Assembly: GCF_018977255.1 (NCBI RefSeq)
Contig: NW_024704742.1
Coordinates: 71,240,001-71,304,000, forward strand
DNA from: Callorhinchus milii
Lineage: Eukaryota
Length of the DNA: 64,000 nucleotides
Direction of reading: 5' to 3'
A model generated the notes under the pieces. That model was not told the DNA's origin. It saw only the letters and a program-made list of their open reading frames with translations, and did no database searches. Every line of letters begins with the position of its first letter. The first letter of the stretch is position 1. The position numbers and the translations under genes are program-made. Of this stretch, positions 37,673-50,208 are shown one piece after another.

Positions 37673-38163
37673 CTGAAGGGGGGAAAGAGGAAGCATTTTA
37701 ATATAATCCTTGCGTTTGATATAGTGTCTTATCACATCATTGAAACGTCTCAAAGCGATTGAAGGAATATACTTTAATACTAATAATAATCCTTGCATTT
37801 GATATAGCGCCTTTCACGTCGGGAGGACGTCCCAAAGCGCTTCACAGAACACACTGTAAAGTGAATTGACTGTATATTTTGTGGGCGAAACACGGCAGGC
37901 AATTGCGCACAGCAGTGTCCCACAAGCAGTCGTGGACTGAGTTACCAAACTAGTATTTATTTTTTTAAGAGATTATTTTCTCCGGGAAAGCGATCCGCCA
38001 ATCAACGCCAATCAACCAGGTTCCTACATGGCTAGGTAACCAGAGGCGAATGGAGTAACGAAACTTGCCCAACGTTTCGCTCTGCCAGCGAATCAATCCC
38101 AGGTCCTCTCACTTGTGAGGAGTATGTTCTAACCACTAAGCTACAGGCCTATTTATATAATAA

Positions 38164-39617
38164 CTAGCTGTATCTGTTGCAGCTAAGCTTGCAACCAAAG
38201 GATCCAATATGGAATGCAGATTTCAGTAATACCACTCACAAACCATTTAACATATCATAAACACTGTATGTCTTATTTGACCCTGAACTGTCCTTTCTCC
38301 CCAACGTCCGCGCCATGACCGGCACTGCCTACCACCACCTCCGCAACATTGCCAGACTCCGCCACTGCCTCACCCCTCAGGCTGCCAAAGCCCTCACCCA
38401 TGCATTATTCACATCAAGGCTCGATTATGGAAACTCCCTCCTCATCGGCCTTCCCAACTCTTCCCTTCACAAGCTGCAGATCATCCAAAACTCTGTAGCT
38501 CGTGTACTCTCGCTCACCAGGCTCCGTGACCCCATCACTCCAACCCTCGCCCAACTCCACTGGCTCTCCATCCCCCAGAGGATTGAGTTTAAGATCCTCG
38601 CACTCACCTTTAAGGCCATCCATGGCCTTGCCTCCTCTTACCTCTCTGACCTGCTGACTTCCTACCAACCTGCCCGCTCCCTCCGCTCAGCGGGCTCCGG
38701 TCTGCTCCATGTCTCCTGCCTGACCCACCCTACCATCGGTGGCCGGGCTTTCAGCCTCTCTGCCCCCACACTCTGGAACCCCATCCCACGGTCCCTTCGC
38801 CTCGCTTCCTCCCTCGCTTCCTTCAAGGCCGGTCTCAAGACCCTTCTCTTCGATTGTGCCTTTGGTCACCGTCCCACCTCTCTGCCTTCCCTCTCCCCTA
38901 CACCACCCTTCCCCCATGCTCGGGCCCCAACACCTGACTGGTCAGCGCTTTGGGACGTCCTCCCGATATGAAAGGCGCTCTATAAATGCAATTTTGCTAT
39001 TGTTGTTGTATGTACACTTTAAGCAAAACATGTGCGATGAGCTTGTTTCAGTCAAAGCTTATGAATGATAGATCATATTGTTTGAGTGGGCAACTAATTT
39101 TGCCGTGCTCTTGCAGTACTTTCAGCAATCAAGTCCCATCGTGCTGTTCTTTGAGCAGGCAATTCATTTTGCTGTGTTTTTGTATTCCTTTCTGCATCGA
39201 AGTACAACCGTGCTGTTCTTTGTTCTTCAGTTTCATTTAATCGGACTTCTCTCTTTCGCCTCGCATTTTTATTTGTCCTTGACAGGTTTGATCTTCACCT
39301 CTTAGGAATCTTTATCCCTTAAGATTAAGAAAATGTGCCTCAGTGGGGAGGCCTCAGCAGGAGGACTTCTGTGGGAGGAATCCTGTTTGGTAGGACTCCT
39401 GTTGGTAGGACTCCTTGTTGGAATCCATACATGTGCGATGAGTTTGTTTAGCTCATAGCTCATCAAGGATAGGAGATCCTCAAAGAATAAAATGCCCATG
39501 ACACTCCCCCACGCAAGACCTTTCCAATGAGGTATAAATTATGTCTCTACGTCAATCGGTTATTGCATTCTTGGTGGACAGACACACAGATAGACATTTT
39601 GTCTTTTTCTGTATAGG
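38164..39617 (-). mobile_element. Helitron-like element split by an L2 insertion
   Basis: 3' hairpin GTTGCAAGC-TTA-GCTGCAAC with CTAG|T at 38164; degenerate 5' end near 39617; similarity to the other two copies. Confidence 0.6.
38270..39010 (+). mobile_element. L2-clade LINE 3' fragment with open RT C-terminal frame
   Basis: 218-aa ORF HLRNIARLRHCL...LHWLSIPQRIEFKIL. Confidence 0.92.
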
Positions 39618-41081
39618 TTAGTGTTAGCCTGGCTCAATCTGTCGCACTCTTACCTCTGAGTCAGAAGATTGATAATATAATAATCCTCGTATTGATACAG
39701 CACCTTATCATGTCTTTGAGACGTCTCAAAGTGCTTCACAGAATACACTGTAAAGTGAATTGACTGTATATTTTGTGGGTGAAACGCAGCAGCCAATTGG
39801 ACGCAGCAGTGTCCCACAAATGGTCGTTTATTGAAGTGATCAATTTAGTATTATTATTTTTTTGAAAGAATTATTAGATTCTGGGTTCAAGCCCCTAGGA
39901 TTCTGAGCTCACATTGTAGGCTAATGCTGCATTACATTGCTATGAGGAGGGCTCCTTTGTTGGAGGTGCTATCTTTGGGATGACAGATTGAACCAAGGTC
40001 CCATCTGCCTGTTCTGATGGATGTTAAAGATCGCTTGGCACTATTTGAGAAAAGAAGGGAATCTCTTTCTCTCCTGGTGTTCTGACCAACAATCCCCAAA
40101 TAAAATTTGTCATTTGTTTCACAACTTTTGGGGGTACATTGTGGTGCACAAATTGGCTAATAATTTCACCCACAAAGTATACAGAAAGGGCAAAGAAATA
40201 GGACCCGAACACAGAGCTCTTATGGGTCTAATAATAATAATCCTTACATTTGATTTAGCATCTTATCAACGAGACGTCTCAAAGAGCTTCGTAGAACATA
40301 CTGCAAAGTGGATTGACTGTGTATATTGTGTGCGAAACGCGCCACAGCAATATCCCACAAGCAGTCGAGGATTGAGTGACCAATTTATTTATTTACTCAC
40401 TCGCTCGCTCACTCACTCACTCATTTATTTATTTATTTATTTTGAAGGGATTATTACCCCTGGAAAATGATCCGCCAATCTACTAACAACTGAGTTCCTA
40501 CCTACTGCTAGGTAAACAGAGGCATGTGGCTTAAGGAAACTTGCCTAAGGTCTCGCCCTGCCCAGGGTCCTCTTGCTTGCGAGGTGAGGGCTTTAACCAC
40601 TACACAACAGGAATCTCCTGGTTTCTCTCTTTAAGAGAGACAATACAAACACGATGGGCCAAATGGCCTCGTTCCGTGCTGTAAGATCCTGTGGCTTGAC
40701 CGGTTCCCAACCTGTGATGGGCTGTGAAGAGGCAGACACTTACTCAAGTTCTGGCACATGATATGTTGTTTTTGTGGTTATTTCTAGGAAGTGCTTGACA
40801 GAGTGCCAGCTCCCGCTGCTGTCGCCATGTGTCAACAGCTCGTAACAGCTGGTTTATGCACTAGACAGATTGTGAATTTGTTGGCTGGTCCTGTGATCGT
40901 GATCACTGAAGAGTAAATAGTCTAGCTTCTGCCATTCAATGCTTTGATGGGAGTCCTGTAGTGTATTAGTTAGAGCCCTTGCCGCACAGGCAAGAGAACC
41001 CGGTTTGATTCCTGGGCAAGACGAAACCTAAACCAAGTTTTCTTACTCCCCACGACTCTGTTAACCTCGCAGTAAATACCT

Positions 41082-41772
41082 GGGCCATGACCCGCTCTGC
41101 CTTCCCCCACCTCCACAACGATGCCCAGCTCCGACACTATCCCACACCGCAGGCCGCCGAAACCCTCATACACGTTTTCATTACATCGAGGTTCGACTAT
41201 GCAAACTCACTGCTTGTTAGCCTCCCTAACTCCTCCCTCCACAGGCTGAAGATCATCCAGAACTCTGCAGCTCATGTCCTCTCCCGCAATAGACTCCACG
41301 ACCCCATCACCTCCATCCTTACCCAACTCCACTGACTTTCCATCACACAGAGGATACAGCTCAAGATCCTGATCCTCACCTTCAAAACCCTCCACAGAAT
41401 TGCTCCCCCCACCTCTCCGAGCTCCTAACCTCCTACCAGCCTTTTAGCTCCCTCTACTCAGCGAGCTCCGGCCTGCCTCACATCCCCCGCCTTCACACCC
41501 CCCGACTATCGGTGGGCAGGCCTTCCACCACTCTGCCCCCACCCTCTGGAATTTCATCCCGCAGTCCATCCATCTCGCCCCCTCCCTCACCACCTTCAAG
41601 ACCCACCTCAAGACCCTCCTCTTTGATCGTGCTTTCAATCTCCCTGCTTCTCTCCCTGCCCTCCCCCCACCCTGACCCTCAGCTCGGGTCCAAAACTCTG
41701 TCTGTCCAGCGCCTTGGGACATCCTCCCGATGTGAAAGGCGCTTCACAAATGTAATTTTTATGTTGTTGTAA
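41082..41772 (+). mobile_element. L2 3' fragment inserted into a SINE (40949-41832)
   Basis: RT C-terminus and tail; SINE halves on both sides. Confidence 0.88.
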
Positions 41773-41924
41773 GTAGAAACCCAGTTGTTGGTCGATTGAC
41801 GGTTCTCTAACCAGAGGTAATAATCCCTCAAAAATTATCTGAGGAGAGCTACTTTAGCTTGAGAAAGAATCTGATTGAGAGGGACCAACCTGCTTTAGCC
41901 ATTTCTGATCAGTCTTATTAACAA

Positions 41925-42310
41925 TTCCAGTTGCACTGATGATTATAACAACTATGTTTCTTTTATATTGTCACATACCTCTGCAATTTGTAGATCGATA
42001 TATTTCAACAACAACTTGCACTTACATAGTGCCCTCCACACGAGGTAGCGTCTCAGAGTGCTTAAAGAGCATATTTCCTGATCTTCTCTCACTCCTTATT
42101 TATTGCATTGTAATCACTATCATTGCATTGATAGGCATATAAATAATACTACATGTACAATCTATTTGGTTCTTTATGATAATATCTGTTTGTTACAGCT
42201 TACTGTTCTATCTGTATCTGGTTGTTAATCCCAGATTATTGTGATGTTATTTCTTGATGTCACTTTTGCTGGTTGATGTTTATACCAATATCAAAATGTT
42301 TTACAAATCA
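41925..42310 (-). mobile_element. R4/Dong/Rex6-clade LINE restriction-like endonuclease fragment
   Basis: YWYKHQPAKVTSRNNITIIWD..DTDRTVSCNK.DIIIK..CSII. Confidence 0.7.
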
Positions 42311-42894
42311 TAGATTCTTGCAACACAGTAGGAGACCATTTGGCCCATCGTGCCTGCGCTGGCTGTTTGAAAGCTACCAAATTGGCCCATCCCACCACTA
42401 AATTCTCCAGTGAATAATATAGACTGACCTCAGTATAACGATCCCTGGTAGTACGATCCCTCTGGTTATAACAAACTCAACATTGAGACCCGTTTTTTCC
42501 TATTGATACAGCAATCACTGAAGCAGTGCAGCCCCTGACATAACAAACCACACTCGATTCCATCTCTCCACATCACGGTGGGTCAGACGATAGGGGGAGC
42601 CTCTCTTCTGAGAGCCATGCACATGCTCTCCCTGGCGGGGATGGGGATTGGAGGGAGATCTCGCCGGAGCTGGAGTAGGGCTGGAGGGAGATCCAAGCAA
42701 CGGAGAAAGAGAGCACAGGGCAGCCACTCACACAGGCCCCCTCTCACCCCAAACACATGCTTCTCTTCCCCTTTAATAGATGACTGCTCACCATCTGTAA
42801 TGTTCAGTTATTTCTGGCATTCGTATTAATGAACTTCTTATAGCGAACACCCAAATGTAAGGTTATTTTTTTCCAAGTCCCCAGACATCCTCGC

Positions 42895-43043
42895 ACTCTC
42901 TCTCCATCACTCTCTCTCTCTCTCTGTCCCCCTCTCTCTCCCTCTCTTGGTCCCTCTCTTTTTCTCTCTCTCCGTCCCTCTCTTTCTCTCTCCGTCTCTC
43001 CCTCCTTTTCCGTTTCTCCCTCCCTCTTCATCTCTCTCTCCCT

Positions 43044-43080
<37 letters not shown>

Positions 43081-43085
43081 TCTCT
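42895..43085. repeat. (CT)n low-complexity tract
   Basis: Direct inspection. Confidence 0.9.
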
Positions 43086-44307
43086 CCTGTAAGTGTTGGT
43101 GGCCACATGTTGAAGCAACCAAATAAATGTGTTCGAGAACCACTTGACCTAGACTAAGCCATTTACACCCAATAATGATCGCTGTATTAGGGGTTGAAGC
43201 TTACTGATCTGTTTCACCAGACTTTATAACTGTAGTTTCAATTGCAAAGTCATAGCAAAAACAAAGATTATTATTAAAGGGCTGAGTACACAAGGCTCCG
43301 TTGTCATCCACCGCACCATGTTATTTGAGATGTGTCAGCATGATAAGGAACCACACTATGTTCCGGCACAAAAACAGCCTGTTCAGCCAATCCATTCTGC
43401 TCTAGAGATTTTATTACTAAAGCCCCCCTTTCCTTAGTCACCCCACTCTCCCACTCCGTCCCCATACCCTTTAATATCTCTTCTTTAAGCATCTACCCAA
43501 TTCCCTTTAAAAACCTCACATTACGTGGAGCTCAATAGTTTAGTTTGGAAACTTGAACACAATGATTGATTTCTTGTGACTCAGAGAACGAGAGACACGC
43601 ACACACTCTCACATAGAGAGGCACCAGAGAGAGAGAGACACACACACACACTCTGAAATAGAGTGAAAGGCAGAGATAAAGACACACACACACACAAAAC
43701 ACACAAGCTCACACAGTGTTAAAGGCAGAGAGAGAAAGACCTACACAGATAAAAATAAATACACAAGAACCTGATATCTGGGAGGACACATTTCAAAGGA
43801 TTTACTGTAAAGTGTAGGCAAACCAAACAGGCATTTTGGACACAGAAATGTCACACAAACAGACATGAAGGGAATGACTAATTTTATCTCAGGAATTGTC
43901 AGCCAGGACACTGTGAGAAACTTCTTCTCTTTTCGTGTAGTGCCATCTTTAACATCTGCTCAAACAGGCATAAACATCACCTTGGTTCAATGTCTCATTT
44001 GAAGGATGGTGCCTCTGACAAAGCAGCACTGGATTGGAGGGTCAGCCTAGACTTTGAGCTCCAAGTTCTGCCTTAGGCTTGTATCATCCTTACAGTTGAT
44101 AAAATCATGCCTTATTATGTCACCCAAGCATCTCAAAGCACTTGACAGGGTTTTACTGTAAGTGTAGCAATTGTGCATTTGTATATTTTGTCGGCAAAGG
44201 CAGCAGCCAACGTGCAAACAATGTGCCACAAACAGCCGTAAACAGCCGTGTGTCAGCCTGGCTCAGTGGTAATACCCTCGTCTCTGAGTCAGAAGGTTGA
44301 AGTGTTA

Positions 44308-44484
44308 TTAACAGTGCCAGTTGCACCGATGATTGTAGGAACTAAGTGTGTTTTACATTGCCAGATACTTTCACATTCAATTTGTAGATCAATATATTTC
44401 CTGATTTTCTCGAGTCCCTTATTTTTTATACTGTAATAGCTTGAGATAGCCGCATTAATAATACTACATGCACAATCTATTTCA
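44308..44484 (-). mobile_element. R4/Dong/Rex6-clade endonuclease C-terminal fragment
   Basis: EKIRKYIDLQIECESIWQCKTHLVPTIIGATG. Confidence 0.75.
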
Positions 44485-44570
44485 GTGTCGTCCAACCTTT
44501 TGGTTGCCGCGGGCCGGATGCCCTATTTGAGAAAAGAACCCGGACGGCATAAGCAAGATGTTGTATTTTC
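44483..44570 (+). mobile_element. hAT-Charlie-like MITE terminus
   Basis: CAGTGTCGTCCAACCTTTT..GCGGGCCGGAT start; partner end not found. Confidence 0.4.
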
Positions 44571-44797
44571 CTTACAGAAACATAACAATATTTACACAGC
44601 ATTCTTTTTCATGTTGGGAGGACATCTTGACACTGTCAGCTGGGCTCCTGAGCTGGGGGTGAGTTTCTCACGGGGGAAAGAGGGATCTTTCTGTGAAGAA
44701 ACTGCACAGTATGTATCTCGGTGTCTATCCTCGGTCCCCTCCACAGCATCCGAGGGAGACTCCAATTGTTTGTCCTGACAGTGAACCACAAAACACG

Positions 44798-45350
44798 TCT
44801 CCTCTCTCTCTGCTCTCACTCTTTTTGTTTCTCAGTCTCTCTCATGCTCTCTCTCCCTCAATCACTCTCTCCCTCTGAATTACTCGCTCTCACTCCCCAC
44901 TCTCACACATACAATCTCTATATCCCCTCTCAGACTCTCTCAATCACCCTCTCTGTTTGTCTCTCTCCCCCACATCCTCCCCCTCACACTCTTTCCCCCT
45001 CTCACATTCTCACCCTCTCTGCTCTCCTTCTCTCAATCACTCTGTCTCCCCCCCCTTCAGTCTCTCTCTCTCTCTCACACACTCCCCAGTTCTTACCTCT
45101 CTCTCACACTCTCTTGCCCCCTCTCACACTCTCTCAATTTCTTTCTGCTCTCTCCTCTCAATCACTTGCTCTCTCCCTCCTCTCTGTCTCACCACCCCCA
45201 CGTTCTTACCTCTCTCTCACACATACTCTCTCACCCCTCTGCTCTCTCTCCACATCTCTCCATCCCCTCTCTCTCCCTCACCTCTCTCCCACCTTTCTCT
45301 CCCCACCCATCTCTCCCCCTCTATCCCTCTCCAACACCTCTCTCCCATCC
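44798..45350. repeat. CT-rich low-complexity tract
   Basis: Direct inspection. Confidence 0.9.
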
Positions 45351-45763
45351 GCAGCAGCTGATGGCTGCTAAGGATGCGGTTGGTAATAGACATGCTTGCC
45401 TTCATGACAGACTGCAGCAACGGCTGGTATTATTTCCACTATTTACGCTGTGTCCTCCAAACCGCCAGCTACTGCCATTGCTCTGGGAGGACGTTCACCG
45501 GGGAGGGTGGAGGCAGAAGTTGGAAATGGTCTCGGGCTGGATAAAATCACCCACCACTGTGGCCCACAAGCAGACCAGTTGGACCACACTGATCTATTGG
45601 ATTCTTTCTGTTACAGCTGCTTCTCTTTCTCTCTCTCTCTGCTCTCCCCTTCGCTCAATCAATCTCTCTCTCCTCTCACAATCTCTCTCTCTCTCTCTCA
45701 CCCCTGTTCTTACCCCTCTCTCACACTCTCTATGGCCTCACACTCTCTCTCCCCCCTCTCGCC

Positions 45764-46432
45764 CAGCTCCACCACTGTCTCAGACTGCAGGCTGCCGAAA
45801 CCCTCATACATGCTTTAATTACATCGAGGCTTGACTATGCAAACTCACTGCTCATCGGCCTCCACATCTCCTCCCTCCACAGGCTGCAGATCATCTAGAA
45901 CTCTGCAGCCCGTGTCCTCTCCCAGACCAGGCTCCGTGACCCTATCAACCCCATCTTCACCCGACTCCACTGTCTTCCCATCACACAGAGGATACAGTTC
46001 AAAATGACAATTCCATTGTCTTCCCACCACAGGATACAGTTCAAAAGCCCTCCACAGTCTTACTCCCCCTACCTCTGTGACTTCCTAATACCTACCATCC
46101 TGCTCGCTCCCCCCGCTCAGCGGGCTCTGGCCTGCTTCACATCATCCGCCTCACTTGCCCCACTATTGACGGGTGGGCCTTCCGCCACTCTGCCCCTACC
46201 CTTTGGAACTCCATCCTACAGTCCCTCCGCCTCGCCCCCTCCTTTGCCGCCTTCAACACCCATGTCAAGACCCTCCTCTTCAACCACGCTTTCGATCTCC
46301 CTGCATCCCTCCTGCCCTCCAACCTCCCCGAACCCGACCCCCAGCTCGGGTCCATAACTCTGTCTGTCCAGTGCCTTTCCCGACATGAAAGGCGCTTTAC
46401 AAATGTAATTTTGTTGTTGATGTTGTTGTTGC
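45764..46432 (+). mobile_element. L2-clade LINE 3' fragment
   Basis: Matches the other copies. Confidence 0.85.
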
Positions 46433-46554
46433 TTGTCATGTCTCTATGTACTTGTGAATCACAGATTATTGTGAGGTTGTTTCTCGATGTCACTTCTTTT
46501 TATTATTATTAATAAAGTTAATAACTGGGGGGAAGCAAAGTAAGAAACTCTCAC

Positions 46555-46674
46555 CATTCAGCCATTCTACAGAGGGGACTGTGCGAACCCTCTTCTCCGT
46601 GGGGCCCATCGTCCTGGAGATGATGGACTCAGTGCCCAGGAAGTTGTTCACAGTGGCTGCATACAGCACCCCAT
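46555..46674 (-). CDS. SEMA4F: SEMA4F exon 6
   Basis: DGVLYAATVNNFLGTESIISRTMGPTEKRVRTVPSVEWLN. Confidence 0.95.
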
Positions 46675-46761
46675 CTGCAACAAAACACATACGGAGGGTG
46701 GGGTGAGACCCATCTGCCTTAAACACGTGCTGAAGCAGAGACCACAATAGATTTGACAAGT

Positions 46762-47130
46762 GGAGTCCCGTAGTGTAGTGGTTAACACGGTTGCCTCACA
46801 AGCGAGATGATCTGGGTTTGATTTCCAAAACCTTAGGCAAGTTTCCTTACTCCAAATGCCTCTGTTTACCTAGCAGTAAGTAGAATCCCAGTTGTCAGGC
46901 AATTGGTGGATCACTTTCTGGGAGTAATAATTCCTTCAAAAAATTTATAATTCGGTCACTCAATCCACAACTGTTTGTGGGACACTGCTGTGCGCAAATT
47001 GCTACCGTGTTTCGCCCACAAAATACACGGTCAATTCACTTTACAGTATATTCTGTGAAGTGCTTTGAGATATCTCAACCTCGTGATAACGAGCTATATC
47101 AAATGCAAGGATTATTATTATTATTATTAT
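46762..47130 (+). mobile_element. tRNA-Ala-derived SINE, full length
   Basis: Head, central domain, (ATT)n tail. Confidence 0.85.
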
Positions 47131-47589
47131 TTAAAGGGAATTTGAAAATATTTAATAAGGAAAACTGTAGAAAAGTGCAGGTGAGTGGGGGTGCGGGGAG
47201 AGAAAGAAAGTGCTAGGGAGTGAGACTGAACAGGAAGGTCATTCAGAGGCACAATGGGTCGAACGTAAGATTCTATGTTTCATCCAAAAGTTCTGCATGA
47301 TCTCTGTGTACAAGAGACCCGCACTGAAGGTTCAGTGAGCGTGGTGTTTGCACGATGGATAAAGAAAGGATTGGGTTTAGCTGCGACTTCTCCCTCCACA
47401 CACCCCCAACGAAAAAATCCCTGCTGATGCTCAATGTCTCCTCTCACACATGACGAATGGACACTGGAGTGGGGGGGTGGAGGGCAGTGAGTCTGCAGCC
47501 GATTCCTGTGGAAGCGTATCCCAGTAATAGGTCAGCCAGCGCTCTGAGGAGGGGAGAGGAGGGAGACAAGTAGCAAAACAAAAATCTGA

Positions 47590-47760
47590 TGAGATCCACT
47601 GGAGATAATATCTATAGAGATCTGTTGGGTGTAATATCTGGAGAGATCCATTGAATTCAATGCCTAGAGAAATTCACTAGATTCAATACCTGGAGAGATC
47701 CACTTTGTACAATACTGGAGAGATCCATTGAATGTAATATGCAGAGATGCACTGCGGGTG
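47590..47760. repeat. Degenerate ~26-bp minisatellite (GGAGAGATCCAYTG..AATA)
   Basis: About 6 units. Confidence 0.7.
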
Positions 47761-47896
47761 GTATCAGAAGATGAGATGGAGGTAGCACCAGCTCCAGTAA
47801 AGATACTAGGGAGGAGCTGTGCTGGGAGCAAAGCTGTGCTGTGGGGGCAGAGCGCTACTGGTTAGAAAACCTCCCTATGGGACGTATGGTCTTTAC

Positions 47897-48005
47897 CTGC
47901 CAGTGTTGCTGTGACCGACTGCCCTGGTTCAAATGGACACTTCCATCGCCCACTCTCCATCTGGAACTCTCTGTGCACCGACCCCATCGCAAAATCCAAG
48001 AGTCT
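47897..48005 (-). CDS. SEMA4F: SEMA4F exon 5
   Basis: RLLDFAMGSVHREFQMESGRWKCPFEPGQSVTATLA. Confidence 0.9.
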
Positions 48006-49525
48006 CTGAAACACAAGGTTGCCGGGAGTCTCAATTATATTTGTACAGCACCTTTCACATCAGGAGAACGTCCCAAGGCACTGGACAGTTAGGGATTTGG
48101 ATTTGGATTCAGGGGAGGGGTGGAGGTCAGGGAGGGTAGGAGGGTGGGATGGAGTTCCAAAGGGTGGGAGAAATGAGGCTGAAGGCCCGACTGCCAATGG
48201 TGGAGCCGGCCGGGCATGAGACGTGGCAATTGAAAATTGGAAATTTCCTAAATTCAGTCTGTGTTGAGAACTCAGGTTTACATAGCTCGTAAACACTCAG
48301 CAGCTTCCAAGTTGAGACCATAGTTAAGAATTTTTCACAATTCGCCACCAGCTTAAATTTTTTAAAACAAAATGGTCCCATAGGCTGAGAGTAGTTGGAA
48401 ATTTAGGGCCCAGGTCCAGGTAATCAGTCTCCTCAAGTGACTGGTGATTTGCCAGAGGGCAATGCAGGCTCCACTGGCTCCCTATCACCAAATGGATCCA
48501 TTTCCAGATCCTCTCACTCATCTTCAAATCCCTTCATGCCCTGGCAGCCCCCTACCTCGCCAATCTGCTTACTGCCCAGCCCACTACCTGCTGCCTCCGC
48601 TCGACTGGTTCCAGTCTCCAGCATGTCCCTCCATTCCACCATCGGTGGCCACACTTTCAGCCACTACATCCTGAAACTCTGGAACACTCTCCCTCAATCC
48701 CTCCTCCTTGCCCCTTCCTTCCCCATTTTCAGGTCACACCTCAAGATCTTCCTCTTCGACCATGCCTAGTCACCTCCCTTCTCAACCTGGCTTGGTGTTG
48801 TGCTCCGCCACTGTCAAGTGCTCTGGGATCCTACCTTGTGTGTGGGGTGCTATATAAATGCAAGTTGTTGTTAGAAATCCCTGTAAGACTACGGGTCTGA
48901 GAAGATGTTGAGTTGAATCCCACATGTGTCATTCTGACGGTTTTACTCAGTAAAATCCTTGTATCTCCTCTAACCGGTCATTAGAGTCACATCTGAGGTG
49001 ATCAATATCAGAAACTTAATTCATCCACATAAACTGTGAATTCCCCCTCATAGCAAGAAGAACTTTAACCAATTGTATTATTGTGGGTCTTCACCCCTCC
49101 ATCTATCCTCATCCCAAATATTTGCTTCCCCCCACCCCATACCCTCTAATACCCTTCCTCCACTTGTGCTTGCATCTTATAGCCATTTTATTGCCTCATT
49201 TTCTCTGACAAAGAAAATCAGGCACAAGTGGAGTCCATTCAGCCCAACAAGCCCACTCCATCACAAATCGTTCAGTAGCCCACAATCCCACCTCCCCACC
49301 ACATTCCTTTATATTTTCGCTCTCTGAGAATCTGTCCATCTCTTTCTTCAATTCCTTAACTGAGCTCTCATCTGTGGCTTTCTCACCTCTGTGTGTGTGT
49401 GTGTGTGTTCGTTCCACATATATATCACTTGAGAGAGGTTTTCCCTCATCTCAGTCTTATCCTCTACTGGCCTTAACTTTAAGGAAAGGAGCTATAATAT
49501 AAAGGGGTAGAGTGAAGGAACTTAC

Positions 49526-49624
49526 GATGTACGTGCATTGCGGGTCAAAGGCATAGGTCCCACAGACAAAGAGGTGAGTGCTGTTCCAGAACTCCAAGAT
49601 ACGGATGTAGTTCTGACAATCGAT
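49526..49624 (-). CDS. SEMA4F: SEMA4F exon 4
   Basis: IDCQNYIRILEFWNSTHLFVCGTYAFDPQCTYI. Confidence 0.95.
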
Positions 49625-49896
49625 CTGTAATAAACACATAACAAATGTCCATTCAGCAACTGAACGCCCACAATCCACAGCACTAAACCAGGAGAGAAGT
49701 TAGGAAGATTCTCCTCACTCAAAGACTTATCAGGGCTTGGGATTCATTGTGAATTCCTAAAGAGTAGTGGTTAGAGCACTCGCCTCACAAGCGAGAAGAC
49801 CTGGGTTCGACTCCCGGGTGGGTTGAAACCTTAGAAATCTGGAATTCTCTCCCCCAAACGGCTGTGATGCTGGATCCATCCACACCTTCAAGGTGT

Positions 49897-50208
49897 AGAG
49901 TCCTGTAGCTCAGTGGTTATAGCACTAGCCTTGCAAGTGAGAGACCTGGGTTCGATTCCCGACAGGGTGAAACCTTGGGCAAGTTTCCTTACTCCACACG
50001 CCTAATAATCCCTCAAGAAAAAAAAAGCAATAACAATTTGGTCACTCAATCCACGACTGTTTGTGGGACACTGCTGTGTGCAATTGGCTGCCGCATTTCA
50101 CCCAGAAATATACAGTCAATTCACTTTACAGTATGTTCTGTAAAGCGCTTTGAGACGTCTAGAAGCCGTGAAAAGCGCTTTATCAAATGCAAGGATTATT
50201 ATTATTAT
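49897..50208 (+). mobile_element. tRNA-Ala SINE, internally deleted subfamily, inserted into a CR1 fragment
   Basis: CR1 sequence at 49835-49892 resumes at 50209. Confidence 0.85.
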
